Assembly: GCA_963920595.1 (NCBI GenBank)
Contig: OY986947.1
Coordinates: forward strand, 3,100,001-3,164,000
Length of the DNA stretch: 64,000 nucleotides
Source: Eimeria praecox
Taxonomy: Eukaryota
Direction of reading: 5' to 3'
Every line of letters starts with the position of its first letter. The stretch's first letter is position 1. Below, in pieces: positions 41,078-54,932 of this stretch. The notes under the pieces are model-generated. The model had not been told where the DNA came from. It did no database searches and saw only the letters and a list, made by a program, of their open reading frames with translations. Position numbers and translations under genes: made by a program.

Positions 41078-44000
41078 GCAGTATTTCCAGCGATCCGAAT
41101 CCTCCTTTACCAGCAGAAAACAGCATCCAGGATGACCCTTATCCCTCTCTTGGGGGCCCCCCAGAGGGGGGCCCCCTTGAAGGGGGCCCCCATAGGGAGG
41201 ACCCGCAAGGAAGGAGCCCCATAGAAAAAGGGGGGCCCCCAGGAGGGGGGCCCCATTCAAGAAGGGGCCCCCATTGGGGGGGCCCCCAACGTGCTACGTT
41301 ATGTTCTGATGCTTACACTCTGTCAGAGAATTTTGTAGGAGATGATTTTTGGGATTTATCAAAATTTTATTTTTTTGAATGGGGGGATCCAACTGGAGGT
41401 ACAGTTGAATATTTAAATAAAACCAATGCTTTAAAATATGGTTTAATAAAAACCTTAAGCGATAAACGAATACAGATTCTTGTTGATACAAGTGAGACAG
41501 TAGCTAGTGGAAAAGGAAGAAAAGCTATTCGACTTACATCACAAAAAGCTTGGTCCGATGTAAGAAAAATAATTAATATAAAAAAATTAATTAATTAATT
41601 AATTAATTAATTAATACACAGAAAAAAATAAAATAAAAAAATTAATAAATAAACAGAAAAAAATAAAATAAAAATTAATAAATAAACAAAAAAATAAAAA
41701 AAAAAGTAAAAAAAATTTAGAAAAAACACAGTCGGGAAAGTCTTTGAATGTTTCGTTTTTGTTTATTTTTTGTTTATTTTTTGTTTATTTTTTGTTTCTT
41801 TTTTGTTTATTTTTTTGTTTCTTTTTCGTTTATTTTTGTTTCTTTTTTGTTTCTTTTGTTTCTTTTTCGTTTATTTTTTGTTTCGTTTTTGTTTATTTTG
41901 TTTCGTTTTTGTTTATTTTGTTTATTTTTTGTTTATTTTTTGTTTCTTTTTTGTTTCTTTTGTTTCTTTTTCGTTTCTTTTGTTTCGTTTTTGTTTATTT
42001 TGTTTATTTTTTTCTGTTTGTTTTCTTTCTCTCTCCTTCTCTCGATTTTGTTTTCTTATTGTCTGTCAGCTTTATTTCTTTTGTTTCTTCTGTTTGTGTT
42101 TGTTTGTCTATTTCGTTCTTTCTTGCTTCCTTTCTATTCTCTTTTTTTCTATATTTTGTTTCTTCTTTGCCTCTGTTTGTATATTTATGCCTCCCCCTCA
42201 ATTCTGTGTCGTTTACCTTCTGTCTCCTTTTTCATTCTGTCTCTTCTCTGTTGCTGTTTGTCTCTTCTGTGTTTCTGTTTGTCTATTTGTCGTGTTTGTT
42301 TTCTTCTGTTCCTATTTGTATTTTATGTCTCCTCTTGTGCTGCTTTGCATCTCGCCTTCGGCTAGCTGTTTAGGTGTTGCTGCTCATGCTCATGCTGCTG
42401 CTGCTGCTGCTTCTGCTACTGTTGCTGCTGCTGCTGCTGCTGCTTCTCCTGCTACTGTTGCTGCTTCTTCTGTTTCTGCTTCTTCATGTGCATCTGCTGC
42501 TGCTATGAATACTGTTGGTGGCGCTGCTGCTGCGGCAGTTGTTGCTGTTGCTGCTGCACTTGTTGCTGTTGCTGCTGCTTACTCTCTAACAACAACAAAT
42601 GATAATAACAACATTTAAATGATAGTAATTGTAATAATATAATAAGAATGATACACTAACAACAATAGATTGTAAGTGTAATAATAAAATAAGTATACAC
42701 TAATAATAAAATAATATTAATAATAGTTATGACGTTAATCGTGTTTCTCCTTTCTCCTCCCTTCTCTTTTTCTTTTTCTTCTATTCTTTCCTCTCTCTTT
42801 TCTGCTCCTCTCACTTTTGTGCCTAGTGCTGTTATAAACATAACAACACCACCACCCTCACCCCCCACAGTAGCAAACCCACACCACCAACAAAACACTA
42901 CCAACATCACCACCACCAGCACAACAGCAACAAGCAGCAAGAGCAGCAAAGCAACAACAACAACAGCAACAGCAGCAGCAGCAGCAGTAGCAGCAGCAGC
43001 AGGAACACCCCTAATAAAAAGCCCTGATTATATATTTGTTGTTTGTCTCAGTCTTTGTGGGTGTTGGATTTGACACACATGCCCACCGGTTGTGGGACTT
43101 GGCCTGCATACTGGACGGTAGGGTGGGATCCCTGGCCTGATACAGGGGAGATAGATATTATTGAGGGGGCAAATAAACAAGAACATGCTCACTCTGCCCT
43201 ACATACAAAGAAAGGATGTATAATGCCTACAGATACTTCTTTATTTAACGGTCGATGGTCTACTATCAGCACAGGACCCGCTGTCAACTGCTGGGTTGGA
43301 GCTACAAGCGATAACACAGGTTGTTCTATTGAATCTTATGAAGATGCATACGGGGAACCATTAAATAGAAAAGGAGGAGGATATTATGTTATGCAACTAC
43401 ACCATTCACGTTATATTCGGATTTGGTTTTTCTCCCGAACCGAGGCTCCATCGGACCTGACCAGTGGTCAACCCACACCGGACTACTGGACCAAAACACC
43501 GTTGGCGTACTTCTCCCTCGGAAGCCAATGTAACGGATCTGAATTCTTTAAAGACCAACGTATTGTTATTAATACCACATTATGTGGCGGATATGCTGGC
43601 TGGAACTTCACACAAGCTAACGGTTGCCCAGGTAATGGGCTGCCAGACTGCGAGAACTACGTCCGACAAAACCCACAACAATTTCGAGACGCTTACTGGG
43701 AAATCAAATCTATCAAAGTCTACAAACGCAATGGACAGAAATGCCAAACCACGCAAACCACAACCAGACAAACAACCACGACCTCGTCATCCTGTAAGAA
43801 ACAGAAAACAAATATGACGCATGCAACGACCAGCAATAAAAATGTAATGCACTGCAAAAAGCAATAAGGAAAAGCCCTACTCAATAATACGAAATAGTGA
43901 ACAACACCTTGCTGCCTTCCGCTCCTTGATTTTATGTATAGGCTCGCTCTTTATCTCTCTTTGTTATTTTCTGCCTTTTTGTCTTCAGTTTCATTTCCCT

Positions 44001-44401
44001 ACTGGGAAAATTGGACCAGCACCAGCAGCAGCAACAGCGGCGGAGGCAGCAGCGGCGGAGGCAGCAGCAGCGGAGGGAGCAGCAGCGGCGGAGGCAGCAG
44101 CAGCGGAGGGAGCAGCAGCGGCGGGAGCAGCAGCGGGGGCAGCAGCGGGGGCAGCAGCGGGGGCAGCAGCGGGGGCAGCAGTGGCGGGGACAGCAGCTGG
44201 GGGGACATCTGGGGCGACAACAACAGCGGGGACAGCAGCATCATCGGCACCACCACCACAACAACCACTACTACGAGTGAATCTGACGGCGGTGGGGGCT
44301 GGGGCAGCTGGTGGCCCTGGCCCAGCGCAGCGACGACTGCAACTCCTGCAACCCTGTTCCTCCTCCTGCCGCTCGCAGCTGCCCTACTGGGGGCTCGCTA
44401 G
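38435..44401 (+). CDS. Secreted, probably GPI-anchored GH16 endo-1,3(4)-beta-glucanase with PAN/Apple-like module, ~957 aa; exons 38435-38552, 39959-41559, 43052-43793, 43989-44401
   Basis: Catalytic motif [12 protein letters not shown] and Lam16A-type motifs [38 protein letters not shown] and [11 protein letters not shown] are present. There is a PAN-like [17 protein letters not shown] segment, a poly-Leu signal peptide and a hydrophobic C-terminus ([15 protein letters not shown]). All splice phases are consistent. Confidence 0.92.
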
Positions 44402-44598
44402 CTTCCGGTGTACGTGAAGCTACTTCAGGCGTACATGCAGACTGAAGGGCATCACAATATATCCAACGCAACAAATAGCAGCTCACCCGGGATCGTTGAC
44501 TACCAAACAGGCAAACAAGTAGATAAATAATAAATAGATAACAAACATACGTAATTAAACAAAGAACTGCTAGGAAGACAAACCCAACAGCCGTTCCT

Positions 44599-45150
44599 TG
44601 TATCAAGCTCTGTTTGATGTTGACAATCGCGTTCCGGCTGGGCTGGCTCGCAGGCTGACTATGAAGGATCGAGTAGGTATTCAAAGGCAGTCTACACTAC
44701 AGTCCACAGTGCTATAGCGTGCAGCAAAATGCCACTGGCTGTGCATGCATGTTGGGCTGGCCTGCAGCACTAGCTGGGGCAAGGCGTGTTGCTGCCCATG
44801 ACAGGGCTCCACATGCCCCCACCAGGCCAGGCCCCTGGGCAGCTGTGTCCAGGTTGCCTGGACGCTGGAGGGCAGGGCAGCATCGTTTACAAACTCTTTT
44901 CTTCAAGTCTTTGACTCTATTGCAGCTCATGGCGGTCCTTTGCTCAGACCTGCCCCGATGAGCCATGCAGGTAACACCGCATGGTTCATCGGGGCAGGGA
45001 CGAGCAACAGCCTGACACTCCGCAGCAGGTCGGCTTAGTGCGCAGAAACAACGGGTGAAACAAGGAAAAGAGGGCAAAAACTCAAAAAGGGCCCTTCAAC
45101 ATTTTTTGGAGTCCTCATCAAAATCTCCACAATTTTCTTCTGTATACAGG
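44599..45150 (+). repeat. 5' LTR-like repeat of element 1 (boundaries approximate; may extend to ~45318)
   Basis: Colinear similarity to 48925-49290 and to the reverse complement of 56300-57005. Confidence 0.7.
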
Positions 45151-48100
45151 GCATCGATCATGATCTGGCCTCGAACAGGGAAGCAAACCACAGTCAGGAG
45201 CCTCGACGAGCAAAAATTTTTCTGCCACCCATATATGGTGGGCATCGCGGTGCAAATGCACTAATGGAGTTCTTTGTGTCCCTTGATGTTCATCTTCGTC
45301 TTCAACGAGAATCTTCAGTTGGTATTAATATCAATTCTATTAGAAAGGGATGCCAACAGTGGTAGCTAGTTCTCAGCAAAGCTGCCGACTTCGCAGATCA
45401 CAGTAGGACCATGAAAACCTTCTGGGGTGCTCTACGACTCACACTTATCCCCAGGTATGCACAGGTATGCATGGGAACAGGCTCTGGCGGAAATGAGAAA
45501 GCTCTTGCAAAGGAAACTCCTGATAGAACGCTACACCGAGAAGCATCAGCCAGTGACAAACAGAAGTCCAATGGTGGAACGGGAACTCCTATACAATTGA
45601 TTCATAGCAGGCTCCGTCCCTGGGGAGAAGCAGTCAGTAACCGGGTGGGCCGCGGATAGGGGGCAGGAGTGTTAAAGGCTTAAACCCGCCGAGATGATAA
45701 GACACCCCTGCATCAAGAAACGGAAGAATCTCGCTTCCACAGCCCTAGCTAAAAAGGGAGAAAACGGGATTGGGGACGGTCCATACTTAGAGCCTGTGGA
45801 CGTTGGAGCGGTGGATACCAAATCAAGCCAGAAAGCAATTAGAAGCAGCAACCGACAGCAGCCTGACCGTCCGGCACAGACGAAGCCGAGAGGACGTACC
45901 GAGCAGCATATCTGCTTCTTTTCCAATAACAGGGTCCCATGAGTCGTGATTGCAGGTGCGTCCAAAGGCCTACGGAGCTGGAGAAGCAGGGCTTCAAGCA
46001 GCGCTGCCAAGGGAACAAACAAAATGATCAGCAAAACACCCGCAACACGCGGCGCAGGGATGGAAACCAAAGATATGACAGGCGGGTGAGAGCGATCTTA
46101 GTGAGCAGGAGATGCTAGCGTTGCCTGGCACAAATTGCAGAGCGGATCTGATGCCTGAAGATACGGCGAGGAGGTGTAATCCACCAGTTCATTCGTTGGC
46201 GCAGTCTCTGCGTCTACGTTTTGGAGACGACTGACAGCACATGGGTAAAAATGTGGGCTTAAAATGGGAATTCGATTCAGAAATGGGTCTTACGACACCG
46301 GGCCTCTATGGCGGACACGCTCAGCACGATATTATCTTGGCATGCTTCGGATGTCTGAGAGGAGGGTACACATGCTGCCTCTAAACGTCACTATTGAGGT
46401 ATATGCGCTGGAAACCGTTGAGAGAGTGCATCTACCGGCACTCTCAGCAACATCTTCATCCGCTACAGTAAGAGGAGTAGAATATGCTCGCTTCAGTAAG
46501 AAGGGCGAGGGGGCTTCTATGCACAGCAGAGGGCCTGCAGGAGGCTATGGAGAAATGCATACAACCTGTCGAGGTGAAGTTACGAAGACCAAGACACTCG
46601 TTCCAGTTTACACCTGAGGAAGAGCAGAATGGGCCAAAATTGATGGGAGAGTTTGTACATGTACTCGCTAACAAGGAGCTTCCAGCAGGCCATCCACGCG
46701 CTGGACGCTTAATGCACTATATCGAGCTCATTCGCAGAACAGCCCCAAATGTTCTTCTAAGGTATTGACGACTCCAACATGTTGAGGCGAAAATCGAGAA
46801 ACAAGCAGAAAAGCTGCTACAAAAGGGAAATGTTCAACCGTCAGCTAGCACCTGTGAAGACAAAGGCAGTGTTAACGACGAAAGATAACGGGAGCTGGCG
46901 CATACGTGCTGACTTCAAGCCCCTCAACAAAAATATGGTTAAAAAAAGTTCCCGATGCCCTATGTGGACAAATTATTTGGCCATTTGCAAGGATCAGCAG
47001 TCTATTTATCATCTGACTTTACTGAGACGTTTTTGCAGAATCCAATATATCTCGACACGAGGCACAGACTATGCCGCTTAACCGTGCACGCAAACTAGAG
47101 TACAACTGCGTGCCATCTCGGTTCGTCAATACACCTGCCGAACTGCAGTTGCACGCCAATCACGTCTGCTCGTGAACGCTTTATGAGAGATGGTGGTAAT
47201 ATATATGGATGATCTGCTTGGGCTCAGCCGGAATATGCATGAGCGTTTGCAGCACATACGGCGCGCTTAGCAGGTGCTACATGAGGAGCATCGGCTAGTA
47301 AAATCACAAAAATGCTCAGTTTTCAGGGGCGTGAGCGTCGCTGCCTCTCCAGTAGGCGTCGAGCCAGGGCTGGCGATGGCAGAAGCCATCCGTAGTGCGC
47401 CAGTACCCTTGTATGTTAGCATTCAGAAGTTTTTCAGCGCCGCGCCGTGACGCCGCAAGTAAACTCCTGGCGTCGCTCGCATCGCGGCCACTCCAAAATA
47501 TCTACCTAAGAAGGACAGAACTTACGTGGCTAGAGAGCGAAGACCAAGCCGCGAGAAGCCTCATCAGATACCTGAGGTCGTGTTCAGTCATTGCGCTCCC
47601 CGATTTTGATAAGTATTGCTTCCGAACAGCCGATGCCAGCGATACAACAGTCTGGGAGATGCTCTCTCTCAGCAGGCGATTCACTCGAAAATGCGCCAAA
47701 TAGCCGCCTGTTACTGACACCGCTTCATGGAAATGGAGCAGAGGTATCTGGTACAGGCGATGGAGTTCTACACAGTCTAGTTCAAAGTATAACACCATCC
47801 ATCTGACTTATGTGGCCGGTTTAAGCTGATCATCTACCCATGACACGCCTGACGGGTAGTTTTCAGGATTACGACAATGAGAGAGCCGTCAGGGAGCAAA
47901 GCGTACCCTTCGCGGATAATACGCTCCAGCATATCGCTTCGCGCAGAACGTCTGCGCACAATCCATTATCATGTTTGAGGAAATCTTCGAGGTATTAGTC
48001 CAGTGAAGGAGCAGGTTGCTAGGCCTAGGATGGGCCCCTCAGAGGAGGAATATATCCTCACCTGCCCGGAATGTCAGCAGCACAAGCCGCGGAACCCTCT

Positions 48101-48924
48101 CACACCTGGACTGCTGCATAATCTTCCAATACCAAGAGGGATGGACATCTTCATGAACTTCATGGTGTGTTTACCTTCGGTGAGAGGCTGTCAGAACACT
48201 TACTGCGTATAACAACCCGCTGACTTTCATACTCTGCTTGCACTCGCGGGTATGGGTGAAGAAGGCACAATACAGGCCAAGCAAGGAACTATGGCAACCG
48301 GCATTAGCAGCAGCGAATCGCACAGAAGAACGATCAAGAGAAGAAGTTCCCAACACGTTGGGTATGGCAATTTTAACTGCTTTCTCTGGATAACGCGTTG
48401 GCTTACATAGTGAGCTTACCCCCGACGTGGAGATGCCAGCATACTCTCACCGTTGGTCTCCTCAAAGTTTGGAGACGCACACAAAACATTTCCGCGAGCG
48501 CTCAGCGCAAAGCTTCAGCAACATCAGAGCAAAAGTAAACAAATGGATCCGGCGGAGTTTCTCGACACTTGCCTAAAGCCTGCTTTTCCTCCAGTTATGT
48601 TGAGGTCCCCTGCACGCTTCGGGGATCATGGTCTTTTTATGCTGCTCTATGGCAACAGCATCTCACTTATTTTTGTTTTTGTTGGAAAGCCCACTCAGAA
48701 AGCGGCTCCTAACCTGTGTAGGAAGTGCCGTTCTTGACCAGTGGACACACCACTGGCCTATCCAGCTGTCGCGAGCAGCGGTCAGCATAGTGCAGTAACA
48801 CCTTCTCGCTTACCAGACACTCCTTTCCCTGGCTATTTTCCCTTTCCTTTCTCTGTTTCTCTCACAAGATACACAAGGACCTACGCCACGTGGGGGAGAG
48901 GGGGTGAGGGTGAGGGGGAGCAGG

Positions 48925-49290
48925 TGCAACATGCTCGGCTTGATGCTGGGACTCATATCCTGACTTGCTCGCAAGCTCATTGCAAAGGCTAAAAGAAGTG
49001 TTAAAAGAGAGTCTGCACTTAAAAGATAGTCTGCACTTACAAGACAGTCTGTACTGCAGTCTACAATACTTGTGCATAGAGCAAAAGGGCACTGGGCTGC
49101 AGCACGAGCTGCAGCAAGATACGTTGCAGCCTATGACAGGCCTGCCTGTGTCCCCACCAGGTCAGGCCCCTGGGCAGGTGTGAGAAGGAAGCCTGGAGGG
49201 TAGATTGAAGTCCAGCTACGTTTATAAACTCTTTCCTTCATAACGTGGACTCTGTTGCAACTCACGACGATCCTCGGCTAAGATCGAGGA
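48925..49290 (+). repeat. 3' LTR-like repeat of element 1 (truncated)
   Basis: Follows a purine-rich tract and aligns with 44599-44950. Contains a 3x 18-bp internal duplication at ~49003-49056. Confidence 0.7.
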
Positions 49291-50618
49291 CTATCATAAC
49301 ACTCCTATCCCTTCTGCATGCATGCACAACTAAGCGATGCTAGTAATCTGACTTGTACGGTGCTGAAGAGAGAGAAAAGCAATTGAAGCAACAACAACAG
49401 CTTGCTGCCTTGATGTTGTTTCTTTCTCTGCTGCCCCCGCGTTTTACGTGGGGCTTGGCTGCTTGTTAGCTGCACCAATACCACAAGAATACATAGTAAG
49501 CCAGATGCTGTCTCTGTCTCTATCTCTAAACACCAAGACCTGCTGGTCTTCCTCTTATCTGTCCATGCCTCTATGCCTCCCCTGCAGCAGCATCGCCGCA
49601 ACTAAGCTGGGGTCTATTTATAGGCTGGGGTGCGTTTACAGAGGAGACAGAGACACAGCAACCCCCCAGGAAGCAGCTTCTGTTTATACAACAGCAAAAG
49701 AGATAAAAGACAGATCAATTAAAAACGTTAACAACACCAACTCACACGTTTTCTCCAAGACTGTGCAAACAATGTCTTCTGTAGCTGTTTATTACTATAT
49801 ACTATAAAGTAGCCCCTAACAAAACACTATAATACTACCTCACACTGTATATACATATCATGTATATATCTTAAATTTATTTTACATAGTATTTATGTTG
49901 CTTATGGTGGACTGTATGCTGCTTTGCTCTGCCTGTCTCCTTGTCTCTATCTATTGTTCTGTGCTGCTGTCTCTCCCTCTGACTGCAAGCCCTCCCCTCT
50001 GCTGTCTCTGTCTCCTTTGTTTCTTTTCTTGTATATCCTCCAAGGAATCTCTGCCTCTGTTTTTTTTTTCTTTCTCTATCTTTCTTTCTTTTCTCCTCCC
50101 TCACTCTCTCTCTCTCTCTCCCTCTCCCTCTCTGTGCTTCGCCTCTTCTTCTATGTTTCCGTCTACTTGTCCTCGTCTTGCTGTGTCTGTCTGTCTGTCT
50201 CTGTACTTCCGTCTGTCTCTCTCTTTGTATTCGTCTCTCCTTGACAGTTAGGAGACCGAAGCCCGAGAAGAGACAAAGATATACGCACAGACAAAATCAA
50301 AGGTAAGATAAAATCCAAAAATAAAATACAGTTCAAATAAAATATATTATATATACATATATATATATATATTATCAGCATATCTATTAACATATCTAAA
50401 AACATGTCTATAAATTGCCTTCCATGCTGCTCCCACTACTTTGGGGCTGCCTCCCGCCATGCATGCATGCATGCATGCATGCATTGATGTAGCTGAGGCA
50501 CCCCCCCCCCCCCCCCCGCTATATAGATGCATGCGCTGATGCACTTAATAAGGACAAGCTTCCACACAGACAGACAAAAGAAACAGGAGACAGCCCAGTA
50601 ACAGCAGCAGCAACAGCA

Positions 50619-50653
<35 letters not shown>

Positions 50654-51303
50654 CCCTCAGGTGTACTGCGTACACCCCAACCCTCGCTTGTCTTCTGCTG
50701 AAAAGACAGCCGCGGAGAGATATAGATATAGGCGGAGACAGACACAGAGAAAGATACAGATAGAGAGACAGACTAAACAAAACAAAACAAAAAAAAAACA
50801 ACGAAGACACAGACAGAGGCAGAGACAAACAGAGACAGGAATATCCTTACTGCTGCTGCTGCTGCTGCTGCAGCAGCAGCAGCTTCTCGTCTGTCTCTGT
50901 ACACTGTCAAGTTGTCCCTTTGTGTCTCTCTTATATCTTTTGTTTGTTTTCTTCTCTGTTTACTTTGTCTGTATGTCTTTCGTTAGTGCATGCATGCAGC
51001 CCCACATACTCAAATACGTGTAGTATAAAAGAATAGTATTTATTTATGTTAAATACAAACAAACATATAATAATATAAATTTACAATATCAACAAACCAA
51101 CTACTATCTGCTGCTGCCTTCAAGGCCTTCATTTGTGGGGCTGGCTTTCGGGCAGCCTCCGCTGCATGCATGCATGCGCTGCATGCGCTGCTGCTAAGCC
51201 GCTTGCTGTGATGTGTCTCTGTTCTTCTATCTTGCTGCTGCTGCTGCTATTGCTGCTGCTGCTGCTGTTGTTGCTGCTGTTGCTGTTGCTGTTGCTGCTG
51301 CTC

Positions 51304-51377
<74 letters not shown>

Positions 51378-51457
51378 TTACAAGTCCCAGTAGCCCGGAG
51401 GGGTTGATGGAGGGGCGACGAAATGTCTGTGGCGAGAGCAGCGTCTCTTGTTGGCTT

Positions 51458-51494
<37 letters not shown>

Positions 51495-51591
51495 TGTTCC
51501 GTTGCATGCGTGGGTGTCTCTTTTGTTGCTGCCTGTCTCTGTCTCTGGTAGATGATTCGAGCACCTGGAATGCTTATCTGCTGCTGCTGCT

Positions 51592-51637
<46 letters not shown>

Positions 51638-52057
51638 CTGCTGTCTTGCTGCTATTATCCTTCTTTCCCTCTGTCTCCTGCTGCTTACATGGCCTGCAGC
51701 AATCGAGCAGTCCATAGAACTCTGCGCACTGTACGCAGTCAAATGCTGGCAGCTGTTGTCTCTCTTTGCGGTGTACAGACACCTGAACACAAGGCAGCTG
51801 CTGCTGCTGCTTCTCTAGTTCTTGCTGCATAGACAGCCCAGAACACCGCACAGACAAAGCAACTCCTCCTTGCCGCGGACCCCCTTCACCTGCTGCTGTT
51901 GCTGCTGCTGCTGTTGCTGCTGCTGCTGTTGCTGCTGTTGCTGCTGTTGCTGCTGCTGCTGTTGCTTTTGTTGCTAGTAATGCTGAGGCTTCTGACTTCA
52001 CTGGAGTGCTGCGCGGGCGTCTTTGTTCCTGGGCTTCGATGCTTCTGCTGCCTCTGC

Positions 52058-52112
<55 letters not shown>

Positions 52113-52174
52113 CCTTGCTGCATCTGCAGCAGGCCCATCTGCTTCCTTTCGTGTCTCCTTCTGCGGCACTTTGG

Positions 52175-52215
<41 letters not shown>

Positions 52216-52326
52216 TCTGCTGCTGCTGCACCTGACTTCGCTCCGTCCTTTAGCTGCAGCAAGCTGCCAGATGTGCTTCTGCTGAAACTGTCAAGGGGGG
52301 CTGAAGACACCACGATCCTGCTCCGC

Positions 52327-52370
<44 letters not shown>

Positions 52371-52596
52371 GCTGATGTTTCTGCAGTTGCTGTTGCTGCT
52401 GGTGATGCCTTTGCTGCTGCTGATGCTGTTGCTGCTGCTGCTGTTGCTGCTGCTGATGCTGTTGCTTCTGCTGTGGTTTGTTCGTGATGTGTCCTCTGAG
52501 CTCTGTGCCCCTACCGACTCTCCTTCCTGCTGCTGCTGCTGCTGCTGGTTCTGCTGCTGCTGCTGCTGCTGCTGGTTCTGCTGCTGCTGCTGCTGG

Positions 52597-52634
<38 letters not shown>

Positions 52635-52712
52635 AGCTGCTTCAGCAGCTCCTCCTGGAGTTTCTCTTTTGTGTTTTCCGTCGTCTCTTGCAGGTGCGTC
52701 GCTGCCTGCTGC

Positions 52713-52764
<52 letters not shown>

Positions 52765-52980
52765 TCTGTTGCTGCTGCTGCTGTTTCTGTTGCTGCTGCT
52801 TCTGTTGCTGGTGCTTGTGCTGCTTCTGCTGTGGCTCTACCTCCTGTCTCTGCTTCAGGTGTAGTGTCTACGGAAGATCTCTTTTGTCTCTTCCAGCAAT
52901 CCCTGCCTTCGCCGACATGGCTGCTGCTGTTGCTGTTCCTGCTGCTGTTGCTGCTGCTGCTGGTGTTGCTGATGTTGCTC

Positions 52981-53016
<36 letters not shown>

Positions 53017-53247
53017 GTGTTGCTGCTGCTGCTGCTGCTGCTCTCTGAAGGTGTGTCTCCTTTAAGTAGCCGCAGACCATGGATACAGCAGATAGGGACA
53101 ACAAGCTTTTTTCTTCTTTGCTGTTCTTGATCTGTCTCTGTCTCACTGTCACTGACATTGCAGCTGTCTCTTCTGTTTCTCGATGAGGGACTGCTGCTGC
53201 GGCTGCTGCTGCTGCTGCGGCTCCTGCTTCTGCTCCTGCTGCTCCTG

Positions 53248-53279
<32 letters not shown>

Positions 53280-53940
53280 TCGTTGAACACAAACTGAAAA
53301 GGGCTCGAAGGCAAAACATGAAAGCCTCGCTCCTCTCTTCAGCTGCCGCAGCGGCAGCAGATTCGCAGCAGCAGCAGATCTCTCAAGGAGACACAGCACC
53401 CTAAGATGTGTCTTGCTGCTGCTTTCTACTACAGCAGCAGCAGCAGCACCAGGAGCACCAGCACCAGCAGCAGCAGGAGCAGGAGCAGCAGGAGCAGGGG
53501 GTTGAAGCCACTCAGCAACAAGCAGCAGGAGCTCTGAAGTAGGTAGAGCAACCCCATCCTCAAGCAACCGCAGCAGCAAAGTATTGCTGCTAGCTAACAC
53601 ATGTACTGGTGCTGCTGTCTTTGAAAATAAACTAAATGTTTGTATCCAAGCCTCACGACAGACTGTGGGGTTTGACAGAAAATATCTAAACGCATCAGCA
53701 GCACGTAGAGCAGCAACACTCAACAGTGTACTCCCGGCAGACTCCAGCTGTATGTACAGCCCGCTGCCTCCTCCGCCTTCTCGCCATCTAGAAGAGCACT
53801 GTTCGTCTCCGCTATCAGCAGCAGCAGCAGCTGCAGCTGCAGCAGCAGCAGCAGCTGCTGCTGTTGTTGCTGTTGGTGCAGCCGGTGTCTCTGCTGATGC
53901 GCCATACGACACCGGGCTGCTGCTGCAGCTGCCCTCACCC

Positions 53941-53977
<37 letters not shown>

Positions 53978-54384
53978 TCGGGTGAAGAGGAGGAGACAGG
54001 AGACAGTTAACATCAGGTAGAGGCAAACAATCAATACGAGAAGACCAACGATAGAGGCGCCCCGTCCACTTAACAGCAGACCCTCGCAGCATATCTATTA
54101 CTTCTTCTTCTTCCTCTTGCTGCTGCTGCTGCTGCTGTTGCTGCTGCTGCCGCTGCTGCTGCTGCTGCTGCTGCAGGGCCTCAAACTGCTGCCAGTGGAG
54201 TTTGTTAGGAACCTGCTGTTTAAGTATTGTTAACAAATCAGATATGAGTGCATCTTGAGCCAAAACTCGAGCCTCCAAATTTCTGAGGTGTCTGTACACC
54301 GCAGCCTTCTCTGCTTCCTGCTGCGTCTGCCATCGCTGCAGCAGCTGCTGCTGCTCCTGACTCTCTCGTCTCAGTGCAGCAACA

Positions 54385-54429
<45 letters not shown>

Positions 54430-54595
54430 CAACTCTCTCCTCCTCCACAGCCACTAGCTGTAGAGACACCCGAAGGGCCTCCCCCCCCTCTGTCCCTACT
54501 CTCTATCTCTGGCGGCATCAGCGAAGATTTGTCTAATTTGTCTGAAGAAGATATACAACAAACTCCAAAGGAAGATACACCTAATGATAGACGAC

Positions 54596-54627
<32 letters not shown>

Positions 54628-54751
54628 TTGTTGTTGCTGTTGTTGCTGCTGTTGTTGCTGTTGTTGCTGCTGTTGTTGCTGTTGTTGTTGTTACTGCTGG
54701 GGCTGCTGCTGCTGCTGCTGCTGGGGATGCTGCTGCTGGGGGTGCTGCTGC

Positions 54752-54798
<47 letters not shown>

Positions 54799-54932
54799 TT
54801 GGTGTTGGTGTTGGTGTTGCTGCTGTTGTTGCTGTTGCTGGTGCTGCTGTTGCTGCTGCTGTTGCTGCTGCTGCTGGGGGAGCACGTAGGAGGGGTTATA
54901 TGCTCCTGAGCTTTGAGTGGCGATGCAAGCAT
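51378..54932 (-). CDS. CtIP/Sae2/COM1-like DNA end-resection factor (1184 aa ORF)
   Basis: The C-terminus reads VHRKERQQLPAFDCVQCAEFY (CxxC) ... CSRHRHFVAPPSTPPGYWDL (RHR and TPxxYW), which is the Sae2/CtIP C-terminal signature. There is an N-terminal coiled-coil segment. A short extra 3' exon cannot be excluded. Confidence 0.82.

Larger units (their letters stand above)
44599..49290 (+). mobile_element. Degenerate Ty3/Gypsy LTR retrotransposon (element 1)
   Basis: Gag-like remnant at ~45.4-46.2 kb; RT remnants WRIRADFKPLNK and YMDD (47202-47213); RNase H remnant VIALPDFDK...DASD; integrase Zn-finger remnant TCPECQQHK...GLLHNLPIP. There are many stops and frameshifts. Diverged direct repeats start with TG at 44599 and 48925, and a purine tract lies at 48892-48924. 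Confidence 0.9.

Noticed and set aside
45312..45335. CA-GT-TGGTATT as LTR end plus tRNA-Met primer-binding site
   Set aside because: Only TGGTAT matches the expected TGGTATCAGAGC, which is too weak to call.
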